Positions 53,301 to 61,700 of a DNA stretch of 64,000 nucleotides are shown here, piece by piece. Position numbers and translations under genes: made by a program. The stretch lies in contig NC_086374.1 of NCBI RefSeq assembly GCF_036588685.1, positions 88,164,001 through 88,228,000 on the forward strand. The letters are read 5' to 3'. The stretch is from Mytilus trossulus (taxonomy: Eukaryota). The notes beneath the pieces were generated by a model. It saw only the letters and a list, made by a program, of their open reading frames with translations, was not told the DNA's origin and made no database searches. The stretch's first letter is position 1; the number at the start of each line of letters is the position of its first letter.

Positions 53301-56300
53301 ACCAAAAGATGCAGAATTGTTACACGTTAGTTTGTTTAATTGGTTGTATTTTCTTTGTATATGAAACTGAATGTAATAGAACAAAACAAGAAAACGCCCG
53401 TTCATATATGCTGTTTAAAAAAGGGCTTGTAATTAAATGGTGTCTTTTGGTATTGTTCATCATATTTTTATTTTGTTCATTGTTTTGTACTTAAATCAGG
53501 CCGTAAGTTTCCCGTTTGAGTTGTTTTGCATTTGTCATTTAGGGACCTTTCATAGCTGACTCTGTGGTATGGGTTTTACTCATTGATGAAGGCCGTCCGA
53601 TGTCCTATAGTCGTTAACTTCTATGTCATTTGGTCTCTGGTTCTTTTTTGTATAAGCATATCTCTATTGAACTTCAACATATTGAGAGATAAAATTAGAT
53701 ATCGGCAAATGTTCAATAACTACAAACAGACAGACCAGAAAGTATACACACGTTAAAACTCGTAGCTGTCAAGCTGATCAGCAAATTTGAAGTCATTCAG
53801 TAAGGCTGTTTCTGAGAAAAGTAACAAACATATTGTTATACGATCGGACATAAGAACAAACGAAGTGTTTGCAATATAGACAAACAAGTAAGCCAATAAT
53901 TATACATATAAGCCGTATAAAATGTAATGGAACTTATCTATTGATAAGACATCATTCAATATAGTTCTCTAATACCGGCTGCTGTACTTCCTATGAAATG
54001 ATAAACTACAACTTCATTTTCGGTCGATTGAGGCAATAAGGACATGAAATTGCACGAAGCAGCTCTAACTATAAAACCAGAAGTACTCCCTGTAATTTAA
54101 ATTTTAAAGCTGACAATACGGTACCGGATTGTTATTGTCGAAGGTTATATGGTTGTCAATTAATGGTACCACCCACTTAACTTATAGTTGGTTCATAATT
54201 TGCCACGACATGGCCTTTGACATAATGTTGTCTACCTTCTTTCAGTACATGAAGCAATTTTGAACTAATGTCGGACGGAGATGCACCTTTATACTTCTAT
54301 CAGATTTTTCGTTTTGCCGTACATCTGACAAAGTAATCTGCTAGAATCCTTTTTTTGTCTTATTTTTTATTATGAAAAAGGTCCTGTCCAAATTTCGTTT
54401 TCGTCCAAATGTTTAGCACAAATGATTTGCCATTTTAGGAGTAACCATCTTATGAAACTTATGATACAAGTATCAACGCTTAGTGGAAAAAACCTGCATA
54501 TACTGCTTGACAGCATAGTCGTGTACGGCGGGAATTATTACACGACGTTGTTGCGATTAAAACTTAATAGTTCGTAATTTAGCGCCATACTGACAAGCGT
54601 TGTAAGAAATCAAGGTATGTGGCTTTTGTTGAAAAAACAAGCACGTGGACCCCTATTTTTTTCTTTTGTAATCAATCAAGTACTGTGTCAAGATCACTCC
54701 GCCAAAATTTCAAGAAAAAATCAACGATCAAATTTTTTCTGCACTTCCGAATAGTCACAAAAATATGATCAATTTCTTTATTTTGAAAATAGCAAACACG
54801 TTACGCACGTTATTGCGTCAATACCGTATAATCAACCAGTCCACACTAATAACCAGCTTTTCTATAAAATCATAACAGTTAAGTTATATAAAACTTATAT
54901 CCATAGACTAGACAGGTAAATACTATTCCGAAAAAAAGTACAAATTGTTTTATCATATTTTACTTTAGTTAATGAATGGCTGTTATTTATTTTGAATTTA
55001 TTGAACCATAAAATTAATTTTTGACTCTTCACATTGAAAAATCCGCGAAGCGGATTATGTTAAATGTGAAGAGTCAAAAATTAATTTTATGGTTCAATAA
55101 ATTCAAAATAAATTATTGCCATTCATTATAAATAAATTTATATCAATAATAAGGCTCAAAGATGTATATTAATTAAGGGCATACGATACAGTTACAGGGA
55201 AGGTAATGACGTTGCTAACGTAATTTGTTATTTTCGCGACGTCAAACTGTGACATATCGGGAAAAGATGCATTTTTCAACTGATTTTTATCATTGAAACT
55301 GATTTAATTTGAAAACGAGTTCATGGACCCCTATTTTTAAAAACGGCATTTTGTTTCATTTTGCAGGGAGATTATGTGACCCAAATTTGATAAAACTGTA
55401 AATAGAGGATATTTTTTAATTCTGATAAACATGCAGTAAAAAATGACGTTTTTTCCTCAATTCATGAATATTTGATAAATATGAGTTATTTCGGAATAAA
55501 AAATGCATATTTTGTTAGGATATTTATAAAATTCAGAAATAACCGATTATTTAACAAAAAACAATATGCGTTTATCTTTTATAACAAAAAAGTAATGTCT
55601 TTCTTTCGAAAAAGAAATTACGGCCACAAATCTGAATTTTGAGCAAATATACAAAATTTCGACCTCATTTTACTAAAAAAATAGCACATGAAGGTATATT
55701 TTTTATTACATATTTGATTTAATCAGGTAGAAAATAGCCTATATGCAAATTTTCACGAACTTGTAAATACAGGATCAAAACTGTATCGTATGCCCTTAAA
55801 ACGAATAACAACGTACACAGAATGTTTGCATATGAATACACAACGTTAGAGTGGGCGTGTCGCCATAAAAATTGATAACATTGAAAATAAAGCTAATTCT
55901 TTTAACCAATCAGAAGACAGTAAATACACCAAATTTATTTATTCTAAAATAAGGACAACATATTGACAAAACGTCAAAATATGCGTGTCAGACGTAACAG
56001 ACTATACACTATACACTATACATCACTTTAGCAGGGGTGTTTATGTTCTTTAAAATAGTGTTATATCTACGAAAATTCGAAGGAATGATATGCTTTATAT
56101 ATTAAGTATAACAATATTACTGGATATGTGTTTCTGATACGACCAACGCTATTTTTTGGCAAAAACAAATAGTGTTCATTATGGTCAGATTTTGGAAGAT
56201 GTTAATTTATCAAAATTTATAGGTTTTGAAATATAAGATTGTATGATATTTCGTTTGTGTAATTTCGGCTCACATAAGTGCATTCATAGACCATATCAAA

Positions 56301-58254
56301 GTCGAATTTTTGCAGCACTCACACTACATATAAAAATGCAACGGCTTCTGGCAAATGTCTTGCAAGATGTCCAATGCCGGATTTCGTCGTTTGTTTACAA
56401 ATAAATTGTCATTTGCGACGTTATTTATTGAAAATTTAGATTAGTTGCATGCTAAATAGTGCTTTTCCGTAATTGTGCTTTAACTTTACAAAACAGCTAC
56501 ATACTTTTTGATAACTTGCGTAGTCAAAACGACTTCGTTTTCAAAGAAATGAAATGTCTTGCAAGTTTGTCCACCGAACGATTTTCGTACGTTTTCAACG
56601 TTGTCGATTCGGGGTACGCTATTTATGGTGGATCATCTGCATATAGTTCTTCAGATAGAAATTTCTTGATAGTCAGATACTATAAACAAGACCACAAAGT
56701 ATTAAAAAAAATCCGATGAATGGGTTTGTTCGTTTATAGATGAGGTTCTTAAGTTGTGAAAAAAATTTGTATCACAAGAGGATAACAAATCATCTTTGTC
56801 AAATTTTCAAATTTGGGAAGCGTAAACTGACTGCGATTTTTTTTCTCTGCAATAAGATTCAAGTGTATAGAATTGAAAGTGAAAATAAAATTAGGCCTAA
56901 AGCGTGGCTATATACCTCTCCACATCATATAAAGCTTTTAAACATTTGAAATGAATTAACCTTTTTCATTTCAATCGTTTAATTTCATAATCTAATTGTA
57001 CCGCTATTAAAGAAAGTATAGTGAATTCTATAAGCAAGACCCGTTTAACTTGTTATTCCCGACAAACTTTTTATATTAAGGCAAAATACATATCCTGCTC
57101 CTTTTCGGATCTAAATGGGAAAACATTGCACTTTATTACGTTTTATGTCAATTGATCTCTGGTAGAGAGTTGTCTCATTGACACTCATTATACCGTATAT
57201 ATCTTCTCATTTCATATAGCTTATGCATTACCCAAATACGATATATTTTGTTGTTTGTTGCTTACGTTACTTTCATTGGGAAATATTCCATGCATATTCA
57301 GTACAACAAAACATTATAAGAAGTATCCATATTGATATGCAAAACAAAAATTGCAAGCGAAATACAAAACTTATCCCAAATAATCGGTAATAGTTGTAAA
57401 ACGTAAAAATTTGACGTTACCATTTGAGACGCAATATCGTGCTTAACGTCAATCTAAATCGGGAACATAATAATCTGGTTTAACCTTAAACTTGTTTCAT
57501 CATGTTGATGCCATGGATCCAGGGAACATTTTACAAAAAAAACGGTTAAGTTATGGCTTTTCGTTCAAAAGTATTGTTACTTTCTTTAAAAATCCTTATT
57601 TATGAAATTTCAGGGATTTTCTTCCAAATATGCAAATTTCGAACCAAATTATCACAAAAAGTAAGTCATGAAGGTACTTTTTTCTTTGCATATTCAAAAG
57701 TACACATTGAAATTGACCTTTTACCAAAATTTCAGGAAAAAATCAACGAGGGATCTCTACTGTATCGTATGCCTTTAAACTAAGACAATATTAAAAGAAA
57801 CCAGAGACAAAGGAAAGCACTTTAGTTACCAATTTAAAATTCACAGAGTTGTAGGTTGTCGTGGATGAACTTATTAAGTCACATTTAATTACACGACAAC
57901 GACGGTGTCCATATTGATAAAGTATGTAGTTATTAAAGACAATGGCCATTGAGACATCCCGAGAAATATCATTTGTGGCATTGCTAAACAAGACTGTAGT
58001 ATAACAGCACCACATGCCAAGACAATTACAGGTTAGTATCAAGTATAATTGTAGACGACAATGCTTATTAAATGTGAACTTACCGAGGTGAACAGTTCTT
58101 GAGTTTCCTGTATTGTTGCAATTCTCTTCCATCCAAATTTTTGACAAAGTTTTACACGTGTGGGATTGTGGAGTGTTGCAGATGGATGGGTACGGAAGAA
58201 TGTGGGAAACCTTTCCCTGTGTGATAATGCTGGCGAGCTAGAACCGTATCCAAG
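9517..58254 (-). CDS. GABBR1: GABA-B receptor subunit 1 (class C GPCR), 5'-partial, 16 coding exons in window
   Basis: Spliced exons give 723 aa with Venus-flytrap motifs ([48 protein letters not shown]), 7TM ([28 protein letters not shown]) and a coiled coil; all introns GT-AG with matching phases. Confidence 0.96.
10543..10703. repeat. Solo ~160-bp palindrome/MITE
   Basis: aata.cagtactgtagttga.gagtt.ccaccgtcaatt inverted at both ends. Confidence 0.8.
10735..10875 (-). CDS. GABBR1: GABBR1 exon, coiled-coil start (MIEIKKRP...[22 protein letters not shown])
   Basis: 141 nt, ttttag/gtatgt. Confidence 0.92.
12073..12201 (-). CDS. GABBR1: GABBR1 exon, TM6-TM7 ([10 protein letters not shown]...[13 protein letters not shown]...IFVPK)
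   Basis: 129 nt, ttacag/gtaaga. Confidence 0.96.
13234..13361 (-). CDS. GABBR1: GABBR1 exon, TM5-TM6 ([42 protein letters not shown])
   Basis: 128 nt, ttttag/gtgagt. Confidence 0.96.
13690..14372 (+). pseudogene. Old decayed Penelope-like RT remnant
   Basis: [10 protein letters not shown] (decayed TFRYxDD) and [28 protein letters not shown], followed by the family 3' UTR. Confidence 0.7.
17579..17783 (-). CDS. GABBR1: GABBR1 exon, TM4-ECL2 (KVNSCELY...[14 protein letters not shown]...[15 protein letters not shown])
   Basis: 205 nt, ttgcag/gtaagt. Confidence 0.93.
18445..19050. mobile_element. Long-hairpin element (imperfect palindrome 18445-18595, GCGATAGC centre)
   Basis: Short IR attctga (18593) / tcagaat (19044); arm motif attttaccacgggt repeated near 19000. 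Confidence 0.65.
19560..19667 (-). CDS. GABBR1: GABBR1 exon, TM3 ([36 protein letters not shown])
   Basis: 108 nt, ttgcag/gtaagt. Confidence 0.95.
20079..20211 (-). CDS. GABBR1: GABBR1 exon, TM2 ([11 protein letters not shown]...LGLDG...LICQ)
   Basis: 133 nt, ttgtag/gtaact. Confidence 0.95.
22369..22519 (-). CDS. GABBR1: GABBR1 exon, TM1 ([15 protein letters not shown]...FNIVNKHRR)
   Basis: 151 nt, ttttag/gtacgg. Confidence 0.94.
23026..23103 (-). CDS. GABBR1: GABBR1 exon ([25 protein letters not shown])
   Basis: 78 nt, tttcag/gtatgt. Confidence 0.94.
23581..23644 (-). CDS. GABBR1: GABBR1 exon ([21 protein letters not shown])
   Basis: 64 nt, tatcag/gtaaga. Confidence 0.94.
24112..24509. 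mobile_element. MITE with ~55-bp TIRs
   Basis: caatagac.actttcgagttcatccgtca.cgg.aaaaactcgtcaattatac inverted at both ends; TSD not resolved. Confidence 0.85.
24718..24823 (-). CDS. GABBR1: GABBR1 exon ([35 protein letters not shown])
   Basis: 106 nt, tttcag/gtttgt. Confidence 0.93.
25684..25789 (+). ncRNA. Twister-like fold in a second dispersed repeat family
   Basis: GAGAGGUU..UAGCuuGCUA..AAACcagGUU-U^AA-UCC-AC-CAUUUUCU/AGAAAAUG-CCUG-UAUCAAGU-CAGG-A with P5 gcgacagtctta/tatgacagttgt. Confidence 0.62.
29578..30130 (-). mobile_element. 5'-truncated Penelope-like element, another family (RT thumb end plus 3' UTR)
   Basis: Translates ..[27 protein letters not shown]; same 3' end at ~1893-2053, 4840-5000, 8788-8977, 16104-16293, 21095-21438, 31730-31830. 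Confidence 0.75.
29854..29968. mobile_element. Small MITE nested in the Penelope-like fragment
   Basis: CAAACTCC..GACAGT / ACTGTCCGGAGTTTG inverted ends; absent from the 21095-21438 copy. Confidence 0.7.
30234..30373 (-). CDS. GABBR1: GABBR1 exon (TSQRFKERL...[23 protein letters not shown])
   Basis: 140 nt, tttcag/gtaagt, ends phase 2. Confidence 0.95.
30435..31600. mobile_element. One-ended TTAA-type non-autonomous element with G-tract
   Basis: ttaaGGGGACGACCATTTGATATCCA-G-run, repeated ttatttatttt blocks; matching right end not found. Confidence 0.5.
30993..31051 (+). mobile_element. 59-bp 3' tail of a SINE/LINE with (CAAT)n end
   Basis: 13-bp TSD TTAATTTGAAAAT at 30980-30992 and 31052-31064. 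Confidence 0.85.
32070..32405 (+). repeat. Decayed retrozyme-like monomer of a third family
   Basis: Similar terminal blocks (agaaaa..ctt.aga.gca..aaatt) at both ends; shares central ctgggt..ctgctg..ccgagggtatca block with the 7128-7495 unit. Confidence 0.45.
34192..39026 (-). pseudogene. Disrupted Academ polyprotein: N-terminal Cys/His motifs, transposase ([24 protein letters not shown]), XPG/FEN1-like nuclease (HEEADTR, DTDV, TGCDTVS..GKGKK), C-terminal Cys-rich finger ([21 protein letters not shown])
   Basis: Five ORF pieces join into one protein; in-frame ATG at 39026 with TAG at codon 5; frame breaks near 38635, 35965 and 35365; insertion at 37980-38307. Confidence 0.88.
37980..38307 (+). 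mobile_element. Poly(A)-tailed retroposed insertion inside the Academ ORF
   Basis: AATAAA at 38243-38248, A-run 38264-38309, 12-bp TSD AAGAGACAAGTT (37968-37979 and 38308-38319); removal restores ..[13 protein letters not shown].. Confidence 0.92.
39082..39200 (-). repeat. Retrozyme fragment with mutated hammerhead inside the Academ 5' region
   Basis: gcguca CUGAUAC guc..agac GAAAC acgc GUC uggca (G8/A9 changed). Confidence 0.65.
40401..40508 (-). ncRNA. Twister-like fold, another copy of the second family (partly decayed)
   Basis: GAGAGGUU...UUUAAUCCACC...GCCUG-UACCAAGU-CAGGA. Confidence 0.5.
41341..42902. mobile_element. Non-autonomous hAT-like element with a nested truncated TTAA element (~41710-42273)
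   Basis: 12-bp TIR CAGTGGCGTAGC; subterminal direct repeat catccacatcatttt; flanks share only ATCAT. Confidence 0.75.
43103..43300 (-). CDS. GABBR1: GABBR1 exon ([19 protein letters not shown]...QSGM)
   Basis: 198 nt, tttcag/gtgagc. Confidence 0.95.
43657..43722 (-). CDS. GABBR1: GABBR1 exon ([22 protein letters not shown])
   Basis: 66 nt, ttttag/gtatgg. Confidence 0.95.
44798..44888 (-). ncRNA. Twister-ribozyme-like fold, P5-type permutation, atypical palindromic P1
   Basis: GGUUAGAGGU-AUA-GGGG-GAGGG...U^AA-CCCC-GC-CGCAUUUUUGCG-CCUG-UCCCAAGU-CAGG-A-GCCUCUGGCC. Confidence 0.75.
45080..45153 (-). promoter_or_regulatory. SECIS element, form II
   Basis: UCAUAU/AUAUGA helix I; AUGAU...UGAU quartet; 11-position helix II GGUAUGAUACU/AGGAUUGUGCC (one mismatch); apical AAA; CCC/GGG mini-stem. 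Confidence 0.82.
45201..46154 (-). CDS. Penelope-like reverse transcriptase, C-terminal half plus thumb (5'-truncated, frame uninterrupted)
   Basis: [60 protein letters not shown]; frame stays open 58 codons upstream of the listed ATG. Confidence 0.92.
   Translation of the reverse strand, partial: SECEYICSNSFRSFFSSNKQKNYVNWTCFDTIYALEFLLDNIFVRFGDSVYRQIIGIPMGTNCAPLIADLFLYCYELQFMTKISKDPSKQHLINKFNNTFRYLDDILALNNDDFSMYINEIYPGELTLNKANTNNDHCPFLDLDIYITNGKLNTKIYDKRDDFSFPIVNYPFLDGDVPLSPSYGVYISQLVRFARVCNNVLDFNERNLCITEKLLHQGFRYHKLVKTFTKLYHRYKDIIRKYSSTCRLFIRSGISHPFFYGNILYKAQRCQYSPHKLTKPLNRLIKKGYNYDTVVKSLKIAYFGVNIESLIRSLRRN
46163..46264 (-). CDS. GABBR1: GABBR1 exon ([34 protein letters not shown])
   Basis: 102 nt, tttcag/gtaagt. 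Confidence 0.95.
48739..49182. mobile_element. MITE with 4-bp TSD
   Basis: TIR GGTCCGAGA(C/A)CACAATT; ACAT on both flanks. Confidence 0.88.
49861..50486. mobile_element. Non-autonomous TTAA-site element interrupting a dispersed repeat
   Basis: TIR GTAGCAATA(C/A)ACAGTTAGGA; TTAA left, TAA right; host repeat resumes after it. Confidence 0.8.
50535..51000 (-). repeat. Tandem repeat, ~197-bp unit x ~2.3, each full unit with a decayed twister-like fold
   Basis: aaacactt.tgaa recurs at ~50536, 50734, 50932; units share aaccactgaaca..ctgacgta.tggt..atagaaa.acacactatagaatat. Confidence 0.75.
51715..52036 (+). mobile_element. tRNA-derived SINE with conserved central domain
   Basis: A box TGGTGTAGTGG (51721-51731), B box GGTTCAATTCC (51765-51775), body ccgtcgga..gcacgttaaaga, (TAAA)n tail; 3' part also at ~6995-7080. 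Confidence 0.85.
54970..55941. mobile_element. Long-hairpin element (palindrome 54970-55128, GCGAAGC centre), split by the TTAA element
   Basis: ~70-bp near-perfect arms; short IR taaataaattt (55129) / aaatttattta (55931); CCAATCAG at 55906. Confidence 0.7.
55177..55795. mobile_element. Non-autonomous TTAA-site DNA transposon (Kolobok-like)
   Basis: 17-bp TIR GGGCATACGATACAGTT, TTAA on both flanks. Confidence 0.9.
58084..58254 (-). CDS. GABBR1: GABBR1 exon ([57 protein letters not shown])
   Basis: 171 nt, ttccag acceptor, gtaagt donor; not in the ORF track. Confidence 0.95.
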
Positions 58255-58317
58255 CTGGAAATAAACATTAAGAAAATATTATTGATAGAAAAGTTTTAAA
58301 TAGGAATGTAAATAATA

Positions 58318-58746
58318 TTATCCTGATTTAGAGTAATTTCTCACAATTTGATTGGCTGATATTGTCCTAATAAATTTCAGTACAATTTTTTATCACGTCA
58401 ATTGGAATTATCTCCCTTATTTATTACGTCAATTGGAATTATCTCCCTTATACCATTGACCTAATAAAAAAAATTGAGTTGCTTTATAGTCATAATATTT
58501 TTATTTTTTCACAGTTTTAGATTAAATATCTATAATATATTATTGATATTGTCCTAAAATTGAATTTGAATATAATAATATGTAATATAACAAAATCAGG
58601 ATAAATTCGTTACACAGTGTTCAGTTGTCCTAATACGGAATTTATCGGGTCAATAAAATTCATATCGGGTTTGGCTTCGCCTCACCCGATATGAATTTTA
58701 TTGACCCGATAAATTCTCGTATTAGGACAACTGAACACTGTGTAAC
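58318..58746. mobile_element. Long-hairpin element (palindrome 58609-58746, GGCTTCGCC centre)
   Basis: ~62-bp arms; short IR ttatcctgatt (58318) / aatcaggataa (58594); GATTGGCTGA near the far end. Confidence 0.7.
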
Positions 58747-61700
58747 TAATAATATTCTTAATTTTGTATTGGTATAAATTCAAATCCTACACGTTGTACT
58801 ACAAATGTCTAGTTATATATTGCATAATTGTAATAAAAAGACAAGGTCGACATTTTGAAATAGTAAGAAATCAAGGTTCCAACTCCCGCTGGCAAGGTAG
58901 GCCGTAGATTGATTTGGCTATTATTTCTCTGCCATATTTTGTCAATAATCTCTTTCTGTTCTAAAACACCATTGGCTTTCTAATATTCAACTTTGAACAT
59001 TGCTTATGAAGGTAAACAACGCATGAAATTACATAGGTTTTTCGTAGTCTTTTTTATTTCTGTGTATAAGATTTTTAGCCTGAATATCGGTAGTTAACAT
59101 GATATATTATATTATTGGAGCAGGAACTACTTACCCCTCCACATAATATAGTATCGGTAGAGTAAGAATTACCCAATATTTGGTTTTCTGTTTTGCGTTT
59201 TGTGGAGATTGTCACTTCATCTTTTTGCGTTTTGTCATGGGATTTCTACCTGCCTTCAATACAACATTTTTTTTAATTGTCCCCTTGGTTTGACAGTTTT
59301 TATTGCTTCGTTTGATGTTATTGGTTTTTTTTTCATTATCTTATGGCGTTTCCGTTTTTAATTTTTCTCGGAGTTCGGTGTTTTTGTCCTTTTACTTCCT
59401 AGTACAAGTCTATCCTTTTTAGCATCTGATATATTTTCGAAAAGGAACACGTAAATAAAAAATACGACATAACATATCCTTTAAGCTGAAAACTGTTGTA
59501 ATGTAAATATTTTCTAAATAGGTTATTTCCAATTGATGGTAGAGTTAATAATAAGTTTGTCGTTCTTATTTCAGAGGCAACGGTATATAAAAGTGAAGAA
59601 TCTCCGATAATCATCCGCTAAGAAATAAAACGGGAAAAGGAAATGGTTCAATCATAGTTTTATTGAATAATGGTATGATTTATAGTGGACAGAGACGTAA
59701 ATTAACGGGAAAATCAATAACACCATCATAGGAAATGGTCAAAATTCAGCACATGGACAATATGGTGAGACAGCCATACATCGGTTGGAATTAAAGAAGT
59801 AAGCTGCTGTTGTAAACTGGCGGACTGTTGCTCTCCGATGATACCATCAGTACAGCACATCTTTCTTCTTTTTTTGAAGTTATGGTGTTATATGATATTA
59901 TATACAATAATATAAGAAGAACTGTGTAAATTGTATCAGATAAACCTACGGTTTTTATGCTGAATATGAGAATAAGTTTTCAAAGGGAATAAAATTTCTA
60001 AGGGAATAAAATTTCTGTACAAAATTGATCTGATTTTGTAATCTGTTATAATCTGTTCATTCGTTTAAGAAGCATTAAATGCCATTCATCAGAACATAAT
60101 TTGTATTAAGGAGAAAATAATATTAAATCGAATACAAAATTGCATTTTGTGCGTGAGAGTATTTTAGAAATTGAAGTGCAATCAAAACATGTCAGAAAAT
60201 ATAACATCAAAATGCTGTGATGGATAGAATAGCATGCAATTTATATTTCATAAAAATTTGAAGAATGGGGTGATTATGCAACCAATTTCAACGCTCTCTC
60301 GGAATGTCATTAAACTTATTAAAGTTCTCCTAATCTTACTCAGGCAGTAATCAATAAATTATATTAAGATTTTTTAAATGGAAGCATTCACAGCTGCAGG
60401 TTCTGATATTTTCATTTAGGCCTCTTAGATTATAGAATCTTCATCTTTTATCAATATAATTTTAAAACAGTTTAATGGTAAAGAAATGCAATTTTAATGA
60501 ATGGCTTGTGTAATGGTATGGAAAATTAAAATTTCATATACCCTCATTATTGCATAATTTTTACATCTCTTCTGGTCATTTCAAAATGCAGATAAACAAC
60601 AGATAACAGATGAGTTAACACCATTTAAGTTCAGCAAAACCTGCTAAACAGTAACTTCTTTTTAGCAAAATACATTTTTGTAAAGCCATTTTTTTTATTT
60701 CCCGCCGTAGATATACCTATGCATTTTGACCATCAAATCAAAGGTCGCCTCTTTTAATATTTTAATTTCACAGGTCAATAGAATGACTTTTTTATACAGA
60801 TTTGACCGTAATATTTTAATAATGTATCAAGTCTGTAATAATGGATAACCACACGCACTACACACATCTAAATTATACTAAATCTCTCTCTCTCTGGGTT
60901 TAAAATGTTGTTGTTATTAGTATTATGATGTTTGTAGCTATATTGCTATTGTATGTTAATCACTTTTTAAAAATGCGGTCCATACAGGTAAGAGTAGTTT
61001 TGTGGCTCCTTGTTGGTAGAAACGTAGACCTTTTATCGTAAATATAAAAAAAATATGGTACATATTTTCAAATAACCAAAAGAATAAATTTCGAAATAGC
61101 ATAAGATAATCACTAAAACGGTTTCTAATTTTGGACAGACATATGAACATGCTCAGGTGTAAAAGTAGGTTTCTGAGGTTTTAACCTCCTTCTCAACATG
61201 TGTAACCGCAAATGGTCATGAAGGCATATTCAAACTTACATGTTAACATTTCAACCATGTGTGCGTGAAACTAGTTATTCTACAGTTATTGTATAATCAT
61301 CTGTTACTTTACAACTCAGTTTCAGAAAGTTCAATTATGCTGATATATTTCAACTCATGAGAAAGGTTAACTCTATGCACTAAGAAATAACCAGAACACG
61401 GTTAAACTGTGTTCAAAGAAGTTCGGATAGGATTGCAATCAACTATATAATTTATCTCTCGGAATTCTACTAAATTTGCAACGTATACAACTATAGCTTA
61501 GAGGGCACACTTTATTGAAACTGCAAGTTTGACATCATCAATTTTATTGTCACAACGTTATCGTATTCATGATCAACATTTCAAATAGTGAATTAAAGTT
61601 CTGGTTCTTGTTTTATAGCTTTACCACACAGGATAATATTAAGAAGTTGAAATAAGAGAATTTTCATTTCTCAATTTATCCGTTTAATAAGATTTAATTC

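Larger units (their letters stand above)
52039..57774 (+). mobile_element. Possible decayed Kolobok-like element with transposase remnant (~52300-52600)
   Basis: GG(A/C)ATACGATACAGTAG inverted ends, TTAA on the right only; remnant RIVEL..LA..CQNC..L..EK..G...L.IRCLNC zinc-ribbon motif. Confidence 0.5.
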
